A DNA stretch of 64,000 nucleotides from an uncultured Gammaproteobacteria bacterium (GCA_964519725.1 CAZFKS010000005.1:6024-70023), one strand, 5' to 3'. Shown: positions 47,136 through 57,317, counted from the first letter of the stretch. Numbers and translations are program-made. The notes: generated by a model not told the origin, from the letters alone.

Positions 47136-50100
47136 TTAACTGCATCCTAGTGAATCACCACAGTTCAAACATTTGTAACAAGCACCGTTACGCACTGTAA
47201 TGTGTCCGCAGGTTGGACAAGCTGGAGCATCACCCATCATTTCACCAAGCGCAGCATCCATCGCATCCACGGCGCCAGTGTTTTCACTTGGCAATGGTAA
47301 TTCCATGGTTGCTTCTTCGGCCGTAGTTTCTACAGCTGGAACGGCCACCACTTGTGTGGTTGGTGCTGCCATCATGTCAGTTAAACGGGCTTGCGCACCA
47401 TTATCTGCTACTTGGCGAGTGGCAATTTGTTCAAAGCGATTTTTTTGAATTCCTTTTGGTGGCACCTGCACAAAGTCTGTGCGGCCGAGGTATTCCATAC
47501 CCAAAACGCGGAACACGAAATCAATCACTGAGGTACAAATTTTTACATTTGGATGGTCAGTCATGCCAGCTGGTTCAAAACGGGTAAAGACAAAGTTTTC
47601 AACAAACTTTTCGAGCGGCACACCGTATTGCAAACCAATTGAAACTGAAATTGCAAACATGTTTAACATACTGCGGAAACCAGCGCCTTCTTTGTACATA
47701 TCAATGAAAATTTCCGCCAGTTTTCCGTCTGGATATTCACCAGTGCGTAACCAAATTTGTTGATTACCAATTTTAGCTGACACAGTAATCCCACTGCGTT
47801 TAGCTGGTAAGCGGCGTTTTTCACCGTGCACATACACGTGGTGGTCAGTTACAGTGCCGTCTTTACTGTACATTTCCATGGCGTGTGAATCTGGCGTGTG
47901 ACTACTCATGATCTGACTGACTTTTTGTAGAGCAGTCGAAAGATCAGCCGCCGTAGTTGAAACAGCTGCGCGGAGCGGTTCAACTTTTGTTTCTTCTTTT
48001 TCTTTTTTATCTTCAGCTTTCTTAGAAGACGTAGCGAGCGGCTGTGAAAGTTTTGATCCGTCGCGGTAAAGTGCTACAGCCTTCAAACAAAGTTCCCAAG
48101 ATTCCCAGTACGCTTGTTTTACATCTTCCAAAGTGGCTTCATTTGGCATGTTAATGGTCTTGGAAATCGCCCCGGAGAGGAATGGCTGAGCAGAAGCCAT
48201 CATGCGCAAGTGGCCGCGCCAGTGAATATAACGTTGACCTTTTTTTCCACATTTATTAGCACAGTCAAAAATTGGGTAGTGACTCTCAGCCAAATGTGGC
48301 GCACCTTCAATGGTCATGGCTCCACACACATATTCATTGGCCGCTTCAATTTGATCGGCAGTAAAACCAAGACCAGCGAGCATGTTAAAGTTTGGATCAT
48401 TGTACTCAGTTGGAGTAAAGCCAGCCCGTTTCAAGCAATCCTCGCCCAAGGTCCACATGTTGAACGCAAATTTAATTTCAAAGGCTGAACCAAGCGCTTT
48501 ATTAAGCGCCACTAAATCAGCGTCAGTGAAACCTTTAGCTTTCAAAGTGTCAGCATTGATAAATGGCGCTTTGGTAATGTCCCCAGTGCCTTTCATATAA
48601 TCAACAATGTCACTAATTTGACTGGTCGTATAGCCCAAATTCTTGAGTGCGACTGGCACTGCATCATTAACAATTTTGAAATATCCCCCACCAGCCAATT
48701 TTTTGAATTTTACCAAGGCAAAATCTGGTTCAACCCCAGTGGTAGCACAGTCCATTAAGAGACCAATGGTTCCAGTTGGTGCGAGCAAGGTGGTTTGGGC
48801 ATTGCGGTAACCATATTCTTCACCCCACTCTAAAGCTTCATTCCAGGATTCACGGGCCGCGGCCAACAAATAAGCCGGAGCATACTCAGGATTAATTCCC
48901 ACTGGTTTCACCGTTAATTTTTCGTAATCAGCGTCTGGAGCATTAAAGGCCGCGCGACGGTGGTTGCGAATAACGCGGAGCATGTCTTTTTTATTGAGTT
49001 CGTACTTTGGGAAAGTGCCCAGGAAACGAGCCATTTCCGCGCTAGTGCGGTAACTTTCACCAGTCATGAGCGCAGTAACAGCGCCAGTGAACGCGTAGGC
49101 TTCTTCTGATTCATACGGAATTCCACTCATCATCAAGACTGACCCAATGTTAGCATAACCAAGACCCAAAGTGCGGAACTCATAACTCATTTGCGCAATT
49201 TCTTTACTTGGGAATTGAGCCATGAGCACGGAAACCTCCAAAACTACAGTCCACAAACGAGTGGCATGTTTGAAACCGTCAACATCAAAGGTCAAAGTGG
49301 CTGGGTCGAAAAAGTGCACCAAGTTAAGTGAGGCCAAGTTACAAGCTGTGTTGTCGAGGAACAAATATTCACTGCATGGATTTGAGCCATTAATCCGACC
49401 AGATTGTGGTGAAGTGTGCCATTCATTAATATTGTCATCAAACTGGAGACCAGGATCAGCACAAGCCCAGGCCGCAAACGCAATTTGATCCCAAAGTTCT
49501 TGAGCTTTCAAAGTTTTGCAAGTTGACCCATCAGTGCGCCAAGTCAAATTCCAACTACCATCGTTTTTGAGTGCTTCCATGTATTTGTTTGGAACACGCA
49601 CTGAGTTGTTGGAATTTTGACCAGATACGGTTTGGTACGCTTCACCCTCGTAATCAGATGGATAACCAGCGGCCATGAGCGCGGCCACTTTCTTTTCTTC
49701 TTCTACCTTCCAGTTAATGAAAGTCAAAATATCTGGGTGGTCAAGATTCAAAATCACCATTTTGGCAGCGCGGCGAGTCGTACCACCAGATTTAATGGCG
49801 CCAGCAGCGCGATCACCAATTTTTAACCAACTCATGAGGCCAGAAGATTTACCGCCACCTGACAAAGGTTCGCCACGACCACGAAGATTGGAGAAATTGG
49901 TTCCAGTTCCAGAACCATATTTGAACAAACGTGCTTCACGCACCCAAAGATCCATGATCCCGCCCTCATTTACCAGGTCGTCATTAATTGATTGGATAAA
50001 ACAAGCGTGTGGTTGCGGGTGAGAGTAGGCGTCTTTGGCGCGAGTGAGCACACCAGTGTCTGGGTCAACGTAATAATGTCCCTGTGCTCCGCTGTTAATT

Positions 50101-50633
50101 CCGTAAGCCCAATGCAAGCCAGTGTTAAACCACTGTGGTGAGTTTGGGGCAGCCATTTGGCGGAGTAACATTACCACCATTTCATCGTAAAAAATCTCGG
50201 CATCCTTTGGTGATGCAAAGTAACCATATTTTTCACCCCAATATCGCCAAGTTCCGGCCAGCCGGTGCATTGTCTGCTTTACGCTGGTTTCAGGTCCTAG
50301 CATGGGAGACCCGTCCGCGTTCAGCTTTGGCGTTCCATCAGCGTTAAACTGAGGTACACCGGCTTTTCGGAAATACTTTTGGGCAATAATATCAGTCGCA
50401 ACTTGTGACCAACTCTTTGGGATTTCAATGTCTTTCATTTCAAAGACAACCGTTCCATCTGGTTCACGGATCACTGAGCTGCGTTTTTCGTACTCTATTA
50501 AATCAAATGGGCTGATTCCTTCCTGACTAAATCGGCGCGTAACACGAAGTCCATTGTCATTGTACGCAAAAGTAGTATTGGCTTGTTGCCCGAGTTTGAG
50601 TCCGGCAATAAATTTGGAATCAGTTGGCCCCAT
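47136..50633 (-). CDS. nrdJ: adenosylcobalamin-dependent (class II) ribonucleotide reductase
   Basis: 1165 aa with a class II RNR N-terminus (MGPTDSKFIAGLKLGQQANTTFAYNDNGLRVTRRF...), an active-site region and a C-terminal zinc-ribbon CPTCGH...CYKCLNCG. Confidence 0.93.
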   Translation of the reverse strand: MGPTDSKFIAGLKLGQQANTTFAYNDNGLRVTRRFSQEGISPFDLIEYEKRSSVIREPDGTVVFEMKDIEIPKSWSQVATDIIAQKYFRKAGVPQFNADGTPKLNADGSPMLGPETSVKQTMHRLAGTWRYWGEKYGYFASPKDAEIFYDEMVVMLLRQMAAPNSPQWFNTGLHWAYGINSGAQGHYYVDPDTGVLTRAKDAYSHPQPHACFIQSINDDLVNEGGIMDLWVREARLFKYGSGTGTNFSNLRGRGEPLSGGGKSSGLMSWLKIGDRAAGAIKSGGTTRRAAKMVILNLDHPDILTFINWKVEEEKKVAALMAAGYPSDYEGEAYQTVSGQNSNNSVRVPNKYMEALKNDGSWNLTWRTDGSTCKTLKAQELWDQIAFAAWACADPGLQFDDNINEWHTSPQSGRINGSNPCSEYLFLDNTACNLASLNLVHFFDPATLTFDVDGFKHATRLWTVVLEVSVLMAQFPSKEIAQMSYEFRTLGLGYANIGSVLMMSGIPYESEEAYAFTGAVTALMTGESYRTSAEMARFLGTFPKYELNKKDMLRVIRNHRRAAFNAPDADYEKLTVKPVGINPEYAPAYLLAAARESWNEALEWGEEYGYRNAQTTLLAPTGTIGLLMDCATTGVEPDFALVKFKKLAGGGYFKIVNDAVPVALKNLGYTTSQISDIVDYMKGTGDITKAPFINADTLKAKGFTDADLVALNKALGSAFEIKFAFNMWTLGEDCLKRAGFTPTEYNDPNFNMLAGLGFTADQIEAANEYVCGAMTIEGAPHLAESHYPIFDCANKCGKKGQRYIHWRGHLRMMASAQPFLSGAISKTINMPNEATLEDVKQAYWESWELCLKAVALYRDGSKLSQPLATSSKKAEDKKEKEETKVEPLRAAVSTTAADLSTALQKVSQIMSSHTPDSHAMEMYSKDGTVTDHHVYVHGEKRRLPAKRSGITVSAKIGNQQIWLRTGEYPDGKLAEIFIDMYKEGAGFRSMLNMFAISVSIGLQYGVPLEKFVENFVFTRFEPAGMTDHPNVKICTSVIDFVFRVLGMEYLGRTDFVQVPPKGIQKNRFEQIATRQVADNGAQARLTDMMAAPTTQVVAVPAVETTAEEATMELPLPSENTGAVDAMDAALGEMMGDAPACPTCGHITVRNGACYKCLNCGDSLGCS

Positions 50634-50714
50634 ATGGCGATTGTTAAGAGGTTTGAGTTAAAAAAACACCGACCGCCAGTCAAACTCTAGGGAATATCGG
50701 TGCGCTCCTTAATG

Positions 50715-50762
50715 AACTATATCTTGTGGTGCAAATTGATTTTGACCACAATATATTGTTTT
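50715..50762. promoter_or_regulatory. candidate tandem NrdR boxes upstream of nrdJ
   Basis: Two near-palindromic 16-mers, gaaCTATATCTTGtgg (50715-50730) and ccaCAATATATTGttt (50747-50762), match the NrdR-box core CwAtATaTwG. Their centres are 32 bp apart, the canonical tandem spacing. They lie 82-130 nt upstream of the nrdJ start. Confidence 0.45.
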
Positions 50763-50941
50763 TGACAGGCACGACGTATTATAACACAGACTTTTGGACG
50801 GTACTAGAATTGAGGGTTAAGGGGATTTTTTGACCTTAACAAAAGCAATTTTAATTGTGTCGCAAAACAAAAAAATTAAGTTATCCACATCGTCTAACAA
50901 AACTTGTTATTTTTCTGGTACAAACTTATACTTAGCAAACT

Positions 50942-51991
50942 ATGGAAGACGAACTCTGGGCAGACAATTCAGCGGATTTTGATCGATTAGTTGGGGCCGA
51001 CGCACAAACCGGCGAAGATCAAGTGGAAGTGACCTTGCGACCACAGCTTTTGGCTGAATTTATTGGCCAAGATCATATTAAAGACTCACTGGGGATTGCA
51101 ATTGCTGCGGCCGTGAAGCGGGGCGAGCCACTCGAGCATATTTTGCTGTACGGCAATCCTGGGCTTGGTAAAACCACACTAGCGCACATTATTGCCCGAG
51201 AAATGAGTGGGCATGTCAAAGTAACCTCTGGCCCAGCCTTGGAACGCGTAGGTGATTTGGCTGCGATTTTATCTAACCTCAAAACTGGTGATATTTTATT
51301 TATCGATGAAATTCACCGTTTAAATAAAACCGTTGAAGAAGTGTTATATAGTGCCATGGAAGATTTTGTGCTTGATGTGGTAATTGGCAAAGGCCCAGCG
51401 GCGCGCACCTTGCGCTTGCCACTGGAAAAATTTACGTTAATTGGCGCCACCACTAAATTAAATTTAGTCGCTGCCCCACTGCGTGATCGGTTTGGTCATG
51501 TGTTTCACTTAAATTTTTATGAGCCTCACGAAATTGCGACCATTGTCAAACGCAGCGCAGAAATTTTAAATTTAGAACTTGAACAAACTGCGGCTGACCT
51601 CATTGCCGGACGGGCCCGGCGCACACCGCGCGTAGCTAATCGTTTACTAAAACGCGGCCGTGATTACGCGGAAATTGCCGGGAATGGTATACTGTCAGCG
51701 GCCACGGCCCAAGCTTCACTCGATCTCCTAAAAATTGATACACACGGGCTTGATGAAGTGGATCGTAAATTGCTTACTAGTATTATTACTACTTTTGCGG
51801 GCGGGCCAGTTGGTTTAAATACCTTAGCCGCCGCAATTGCGGAAGACGTGGAAACGATTGAGGATATTTACGAACCATATTTACTACAACTTGGTTTTAT
51901 TGAACGCACACCGCGCGGACGCAAAGCCACGCGACTGGCATATTTACATTTAGGTCACCAACCAATAGCTCAATCTGGATTAGAGGTATGA
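50942..51991 (+). CDS. ruvB: Holliday junction branch migration helicase RuvB
   Basis: [13 protein letters not shown], Walker [15 protein letters not shown] and DEIHRL sensor motifs. Confidence 0.95.
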   Translation: MEDELWADNSADFDRLVGADAQTGEDQVEVTLRPQLLAEFIGQDHIKDSLGIAIAAAVKRGEPLEHILLYGNPGLGKTTLAHIIAREMSGHVKVTSGPALERVGDLAAILSNLKTGDILFIDEIHRLNKTVEEVLYSAMEDFVLDVVIGKGPAARTLRLPLEKFTLIGATTKLNLVAAPLRDRFGHVFHLNFYEPHEIATIVKRSAEILNLELEQTAADLIAGRARRTPRVANRLLKRGRDYAEIAGNGILSAATAQASLDLLKIDTHGLDEVDRKLLTSIITTFAGGPVGLNTLAAAIAEDVETIEDIYEPYLLQLGFIERTPRGRKATRLAYLHLGHQPIAQSGLEV

Positions 51992-52260
51992 TCATTGCCC
52001 TACCACTGTATCTTTTTCTCTTCATTTACTTTGGCTTTTTAGCAATTTTTGTTTTATTTGTGGTAATTAATTTTTACCACATTGTTAGTAGTGGCGTTTT
52101 AACCGTAGTAAATTTTGTGGTCACAGTTTTAATTGCCGCGGTCACGGTGTTTGCCCTATTTGGCACTTACCAATTACTTAAAGATACTGATTGGAAACAA
52201 AGTGTGACAATTTTTGATTCTAGTTGGATCACCAATACTTTCCCTGAATCTAGTTTGTAA
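51988..52260 (+). CDS. small hydrophobic membrane protein (90 aa)
   Basis: Two or three predicted TM helices. Start overlaps the ruvB stop (ATGA). Confidence 0.45.
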   Translation: MIIALPLYLFLFIYFGFLAIFVLFVVINFYHIVSSGVLTVVNFVVTVLIAAVTVFALFGTYQLLKDTDWKQSVTIFDSSWITNTFPESSL

Positions 52261-52261
52261 T

Positions 52262-52807
52262 ATGAATTTGTCACATTTTACTAGACAAAAATCTTACGAA
52301 CACGTGGAATATGTGTTGCGCCGACACTGGTTTACTTTTTTGCCAGTGGTTTTTAGTTTTTTGGCCATGATTTTATTACCCATTGGTGTTTACTTTGGCA
52401 TTCAATATTTGTTTCCTGATTTATTAACTGGTCCAATGATCACCCCAATTTTAATTTTACTCGCGAGTGGATTTCTACTATTTGCGCTCATGTTTTTTTA
52501 CATTCAATTCATTGATTATTACTTGGATATTTGGATTGTAACTAATGATCGCATTATTGATACTGAACAAAAAGGTTTGTTTGCACGCACCGTGACCGAA
52601 CTGGAACTGTTTCAAATTCAAGATGTGACCACCAATGTCACAGGATTTTTCCCAACCATTTTAAAATATGGTGATTTGGTAATTGCGACTGCTTCAAACA
52701 CTTCGACAATTATTTTTCATGACATTCCTAATCCAGAATTTATCCGCCAGGAAATTGTGCGGCTTGCTGAAGTTGATCGTAGTTATCACACTGGTCGCAC
52801 GGTTTAA
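52262..52807 (+). CDS. membrane protein with a bacterial PH (bPH_2, YdbS/YdbT-like) domain
   Basis: Two TM helices then YYLDIWIVTNDRIIDTEQKGLFARTVTELELFQIQDV...KYGDLVIATAS. Start at MNLSHF. Confidence 0.7.
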   Translation: MNLSHFTRQKSYEHVEYVLRRHWFTFLPVVFSFLAMILLPIGVYFGIQYLFPDLLTGPMITPILILLASGFLLFALMFFYIQFIDYYLDIWIVTNDRIIDTEQKGLFARTVTELELFQIQDVTTNVTGFFPTILKYGDLVIATASNTSTIIFHDIPNPEFIRQEIVRLAEVDRSYHTGRTV

Positions 52808-52826
52808 CACCTGCCAGTAAATTAAT

Positions 52827-53120
52827 ATGGCGCCAATTGAAATTAATGTAGTGACTCTACTAACTGCGTACGGAATTATAATTAATTTGTACGCGTTTTT
52901 TATCTTCGGGTTTGATAAGGCCAGATCAGCGCAGGCTGGCGCGCGGCGCGTGCGGGAGCGAACTTTATGGTTAAGTATGTTTCTCGGTGGATCAATTGGC
53001 GCACTCGTGGGCATGTATTTGTTTCGGCACAAAACTAAAAAACTTTCTTTTCAGGCCATGGCCGCAGTCATTTTAATGCTTCAAATCTTGCTTTTTGTCT
53101 TCTTTTCCTCTAGTATGTAG
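52827..53120 (+). CDS. DUF1294-domain membrane protein
   Basis: FGFDKARSAQAGARRVRERTLWLSMFLGGSIGALVGMYLFRHKTKKLSF matches the DUF1294 signature. Confidence 0.75.
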   Translation: MAPIEINVVTLLTAYGIIINLYAFFIFGFDKARSAQAGARRVRERTLWLSMFLGGSIGALVGMYLFRHKTKKLSFQAMAAVILMLQILLFVFFSSSM

Positions 53121-53167
53121 CCCACGGACAATCGTGTCCGCCCTTTGCCTCGAAAGAGGTTCCAACC

Positions 53168-53488
53168 ATGATCCCCGGAAGGCACAGTTTTTCCCTGGAA
53201 GAAGGAGCGGAGCTGACGCTCCCAGCCTGGGCAGAGAGAACCATCTTCGCTTCCAAGCATGCGGACCGGTTCCCAGATACGCCGTGCGTGCTGCCCGTGC
53301 GCCAGTACGCTAGTGGGCTCTATGAGCCTGTGGCGCCGCGCCGAAAGGGTGGTACCAAGGAGATCGGACGCCATCTGTTCATCCCCAGCGGCGTAAAGGC
53401 GGGGGAAACCCTGTACATCCTGTGGGTGGACGACCGCTCTGCGGCCGCAGTCCGCAAGAAGGATCTACCCTCTCGCCCCCTCTGCTGA
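53168..53488 (+). CDS. hypothetical high-GC protein (106 aa)
   Basis: GC-rich ORF beginning right after the DUF1294 stop, with an SD (cgaAAGAGGttccaaccATG). Followed by GC-rich inverted repeats and a host-type terminator. No recognised domain. Confidence 0.45.
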   Translation: MIPGRHSFSLEEGAELTLPAWAERTIFASKHADRFPDTPCVLPVRQYASGLYEPVAPRRKGGTKEIGRHLFIPSGVKAGETLYILWVDDRSAAAVRKKDLPSRPLC

Positions 53489-53545
53489 CACCCTCCTCCT
53501 CCGACTCGGTGCGGCGCGCCAGCGCCCCGAGTCAACCCCATCTTA

Positions 53546-53571
53546 CAAAAAACGACTTTGGTCGTTTTTTT
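53546..53571 (+). terminator. intrinsic terminator
   Basis: aaaaaacgac-tttg-gtcgttttttt. Confidence 0.6.
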
Positions 53572-53602
53572 AATTGTTTTTTCTGCGCACAAATGATACA
53601 TT

Positions 53603-55261
53603 TTGATCAAACAATACTTTATGAAAGCATCTGATTTATTTGTTAAAGCCTTAGAAAACGAAGGGGTGGAATATATTTTTGGCATTCCGGGTGAAGAAAA
53701 TTTGGATTTACTGGAATCGCTACGCCAATCAAATATTAAATTAATTGTCACTCGCCACGAACAAGCCGCGGGTTTTATGGCGGCAACGTATGGCCGGCTC
53801 ACTGGCAAAACCGGTGTTTGTTTATCTACGCTTGGACCAGGCGCCACTAATTTTGTGACTGCAGCCGCGTACGCTCAGCTTGGGGCCATGCCAATGCTCA
53901 TGATTACTGGCCAAAAACCAATTAAAAAGAGTAAGCAGGGTCAATTTCAAATTGTGGATGTGGTTGGAATGATGAAACCGCTCACTAAATTTGCCAAACA
54001 AATTGTCAGCGCACACTCCATTCCATCCATGATCCGGGAAGCCTTCCGCATGGCCGAAGAAGAGCGACCAGGTGCAGTCCATTTAGAATTGCCCGAAGAC
54101 ATTGCGGCCGAAGACACTGATGCGCAAATTATTTTAGTTAATAAAGCTCGCCGCGCTGTGCCAGAAGAAAAAGCAATTACGCAGGCAGTGAAATTAATTA
54201 AAGCGGCCAAACACCCACTTTTATTAATTGGTGCTGGCGCAAATCGCAAATTAGTTTCCAAAATGCTGCGCGAATTTATTGATCACACTGGCATTCCATT
54301 TTTTTGCACGCAAATGGGTAAGGGTGTGGTTGATGAAAAGCACCCATTGTATTTAGGCACAGCCGCGCTTTCTGCAAATGATTATTTGCACTGCGCGATT
54401 GATCGCGCGGATTTAATTATTAATGTTGGTCATGATGTGGTGGAAAAACCGCCGTTTATTATGAAAGCGGGCGGGCCAAAAGTGATTCACATTAATTTTC
54501 TCAGCGCCAAAGTTGATGAAGTTTATTTTCCAAATTTAGAAGTAATCGGTGATATTGGCAATGCGATCTGGCAATTAAAAGAACAATTAACCCCACAAAA
54601 TAATTGGGATTTTGCGTATTTCTTGAAAGTAAAAAAACAGATTGATGAACATTTGGTGCGTGATGTGAGTGATGCGCGTTTTCCAATTATTCCGCAGCGG
54701 ATTGTGTCAGAGGTGCGGAAAGCCATGCCCGACAATGGAATTATTACGCTTGATAATGGCATGTATAAATTGTGGTTTGCGCGGTATTATCCGGCCTGCG
54801 AACGCAACACGATTCTACTCGACAATGCACTGGCCACTATGGGCGCCGGTCTACCGTCAGCCATGGCCGCAGCCCTCATGTATCCAGATAAAAAAGTTTT
54901 GACCGTGTGTGGTGACGGTGGTTTTATGATGAATTCACAGGAAATGGAAACTGCGGTGCGGTTAGGATTAAATTTAACCGTCCTGATTTTAAATGACAGT
55001 GGTTATGGCATGATTAAATGGAAACAAACGGCCATGGGCCACGGTGATTTTGGTTTAGATTTTGCAAACCCAGATTTTGTAAAATATGCTGAAGCGTACG
55101 GAGCGCATGGTTACCGCGTGACTAATAACGAGGAATTAGCCAACCTTTTACAAAAAACTCTCAGCACGCCTGGCGTACATTTAATTGATGTGCCAATTGA
55201 TTATTCCGAAAATGATCGCGTTTTGACCAAGGAATTACAGGCTAAACAATGTATTGTTTAA
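53603..55261 (+). CDS. acetolactate-synthase-like thiamine-diphosphate enzyme (large subunit family)
   Basis: N-terminal TPP_N (GIPGEENLDLLESL), a central domain, and C-terminal GDGGFMMNSQEMETAVRLGLNLTVLILNDSGYGMI (TPP-binding GDG...N). Alternative start at 53621. Confidence 0.85.
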   Translation: MIKQYFMKASDLFVKALENEGVEYIFGIPGEENLDLLESLRQSNIKLIVTRHEQAAGFMAATYGRLTGKTGVCLSTLGPGATNFVTAAAYAQLGAMPMLMITGQKPIKKSKQGQFQIVDVVGMMKPLTKFAKQIVSAHSIPSMIREAFRMAEEERPGAVHLELPEDIAAEDTDAQIILVNKARRAVPEEKAITQAVKLIKAAKHPLLLIGAGANRKLVSKMLREFIDHTGIPFFCTQMGKGVVDEKHPLYLGTAALSANDYLHCAIDRADLIINVGHDVVEKPPFIMKAGGPKVIHINFLSAKVDEVYFPNLEVIGDIGNAIWQLKEQLTPQNNWDFAYFLKVKKQIDEHLVRDVSDARFPIIPQRIVSEVRKAMPDNGIITLDNGMYKLWFARYYPACERNTILLDNALATMGAGLPSAMAAALMYPDKKVLTVCGDGGFMMNSQEMETAVRLGLNLTVLILNDSGYGMIKWKQTAMGHGDFGLDFANPDFVKYAEAYGAHGYRVTNNEELANLLQKTLSTPGVHLIDVPIDYSENDRVLTKELQAKQCIV

Positions 55262-56627
55262 TATGCCACTTATTTCTATTAACCCAACCACTGGTGAAAC
55301 TATTCGCGAATTTACCGAATTAAGACCTGAACAAATTGAGGCTAAGTTGGCTCTGGCCGCGCACGCGTTTCAAGATTGGAAAAATAAAAGTTTTACTGAA
55401 CGGGCGGAAAAAATGAAAAAGATTGCTGGGGTACTGCGCGTTAATGCCGAAAAATATGGCCTCATTGCTACACAGGAAATGGGTAAACCAATTAAAGAAG
55501 CCAAGGCAGAAGTGGAAAAATGCGCTTGGGTTTGTGATTATTACGCTGACAATGCGGAGAAATTTTTAACTCCAGAAATTGCACCAAGTGACGCAAGTGA
55601 AAGTTATGTGCGTTTTGACCCAATGGGTGCAGTCTTGGCCGTGATGCCCTGGAATTTTCCATATTGGCAACTTTTCCGTTTTGCGGCTGGGACAATTATG
55701 GCTGGTAATGTGGTAGTCATGAAACATGCGTCCAATGTGCAGGGTTGTGGCGAAGCAATTGAAGAAGCATTTAAATTAGCTGGTTTTCCTGAAGGTGTGT
55801 TTCAAAATTTGCCAGTTTCTTCTGGCGCCATTGAAGGCATTATTCGTGACAAAAGAATTATTGGTGTGACTTTAACTGGCTCAGAAAAAGCTGGTCGGTC
55901 AGTGGCTTCAATTGCCGCTGATGAAGTAAAAAAATCTGTCCTTGAACTCGGCGGCTCTGATCCATTTATTGTTTTGGAGGACGCAGATATTGCGGCCGCA
56001 GCGCAAGCCGCGACTATTTCCCGCTTAATGAATTGTGGTCAAGTGTGTCTCGCGGCCAAACGGTTTATTGTGGTGGAATCTGTGGCGGAAAAATTCTTAG
56101 CAGAATTTAAAACTGCATTTGAAAATTTTAAAGTTGGCGACCCAACGAGTACGGACACACAAATGGGCCCACTCATGAGTGCCAAAGCTGTGGAAGAAAT
56201 TGATAAACAAGTAAAACAATCAATCGAGAAAGGCGCGCGTTTAGTAACTGGCGGACAAAAATTAGACCGCGTGGGTAGCTTTTATGCGCCAACGATTTTG
56301 GCTGATGTAAGCGCTGGAATGGCGGCTTTTTTCGAAGAAATTTTTGGACCAGTCGCGGCTGTTATTACTGTAAAAAATGAAGCTGAAGCCATTCGTGTAG
56401 CCAATGACTCTGACTTTGGTCTCAGTGCTTCACTCTGGACTAATGATAAAGAAAAGGCTAAAAAACTCGCCGCACAAATTGAAGTTGGCTCAGTTTTCAT
56501 CAACGGAATGGTTAAATCTGACCCACGTTTACCGCTTGGTGGCGTCAAACGTTCTGGTTTTGGCCGCGAACTCTACTCATTTGGTATCCGCGAATTTGTA
56601 AACGTCAAATCAGTTTGGATTAAATAA
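55254..56627 (+). CDS. NAD(P)-dependent aldehyde dehydrogenase (succinate-semialdehyde-DH-like)
   Basis: Aldehyde dehydrogenase family motifs (FPYWQLFRFAAGTIMAGNVVVMKHAS, LTGSEKAGRSVA, ELGGSDP, catalytic C in MNCGQVCLAAKRF). Overlaps the upstream gene by 8 nt. Confidence 0.9.
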   Translation: MFNMPLISINPTTGETIREFTELRPEQIEAKLALAAHAFQDWKNKSFTERAEKMKKIAGVLRVNAEKYGLIATQEMGKPIKEAKAEVEKCAWVCDYYADNAEKFLTPEIAPSDASESYVRFDPMGAVLAVMPWNFPYWQLFRFAAGTIMAGNVVVMKHASNVQGCGEAIEEAFKLAGFPEGVFQNLPVSSGAIEGIIRDKRIIGVTLTGSEKAGRSVASIAADEVKKSVLELGGSDPFIVLEDADIAAAAQAATISRLMNCGQVCLAAKRFIVVESVAEKFLAEFKTAFENFKVGDPTSTDTQMGPLMSAKAVEEIDKQVKQSIEKGARLVTGGQKLDRVGSFYAPTILADVSAGMAAFFEEIFGPVAAVITVKNEAEAIRVANDSDFGLSASLWTNDKEKAKKLAAQIEVGSVFINGMVKSDPRLPLGGVKRSGFGRELYSFGIREFVNVKSVWIK

Positions 56628-56628
56628 T

Positions 56629-56892
56629 ATGAAAGACGCGGCCGAGCTAGCACTTAGTTTAGAAAAATTAAAAAACCAAGTACCACTGGGTGCGCGTTAT
56701 TTTCATTACAAAAATCCCAACCAATTTTACACCGTTGTTGCACACGGAATTATTGAAGCGACTGAGGAACTAGCCATTTCCTACCAAGCGGAGTATGATG
56801 ATAAACTTGTTTGGATTCGCCCGGCTTCGGTATTTTTGGAAGAAGTTGAGTGGGAAGGAAAATTTACACTTCGTTTTACGCGTGTAGCATAG
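56629..56892 (+). CDS. DUF1653-domain protein
   Basis: YFHYKNPNQFYTVVAHGIIEATEELAISYQAEYDDKLVWIRPASVF matches the DUF1653 pattern. Confidence 0.7.
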   Translation: MKDAAELALSLEKLKNQVPLGARYFHYKNPNQFYTVVAHGIIEATEELAISYQAEYDDKLVWIRPASVFLEEVEWEGKFTLRFTRVA

Positions 56893-56918
56893 TCGCAAAC
56901 AATTTTCTGTGTTAAAAT

Positions 56919-56951
56919 AAAAACATCCCGAGTATTTACAAAGGATGTTTT
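56919..56951. terminator. intrinsic terminator (long loop)
   Basis: aaaacatcc-(14-nt loop)-ggatgtttt. Confidence 0.4.
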
Positions 56952-57020
56952 AATTAATTTTCGAACGGGGTTCTGGCTGGACGCCGTCTCCCCGATCTGC
57001 TGGCAATTAGTTGTTCTTCT

Positions 57021-57248
57021 TTACTGAAACGCCAGGAGCGCGTTCAGCTCCTGCATGACCTCCTTCTTCTCTCCCTCAGGGAGATTTTCGAGGATTCTCT
57101 GGAGAGCTGGGGTTGCCAGTTCTGTGACACTGAGGTCACTAAGCAGCCCCGCGCGTCCGTCCTTTTGGCACTCCTCTACCTGCTCTCCGCAGGCGATGAA
57201 AATGAACTTGGAAGAGCTTCGAAATTCCCTGAATGATACGATAACCAT
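57021..57248 (-). CDS. hypothetical high-GC small protein (75 aa from MVIVSF)
   Basis: GC-rich segment 56950-57300 with an SD (gacGAGGTGGtATG). Helical, acidic C-terminal half. No recognised domain. Confidence 0.4.
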   Translation of the reverse strand: MVIVSFREFRSSSKFIFIACGEQVEECQKDGRAGLLSDLSVTELATPALQRILENLPEGEKKEVMQELNALLAFQ

Positions 57249-57317
57249 ACCACCTCGTCTGTGCCAGCAGACCGAGCACCCTACCAAATTTATCCTTTTT
57301 TGTCAATACCCAAGGAT

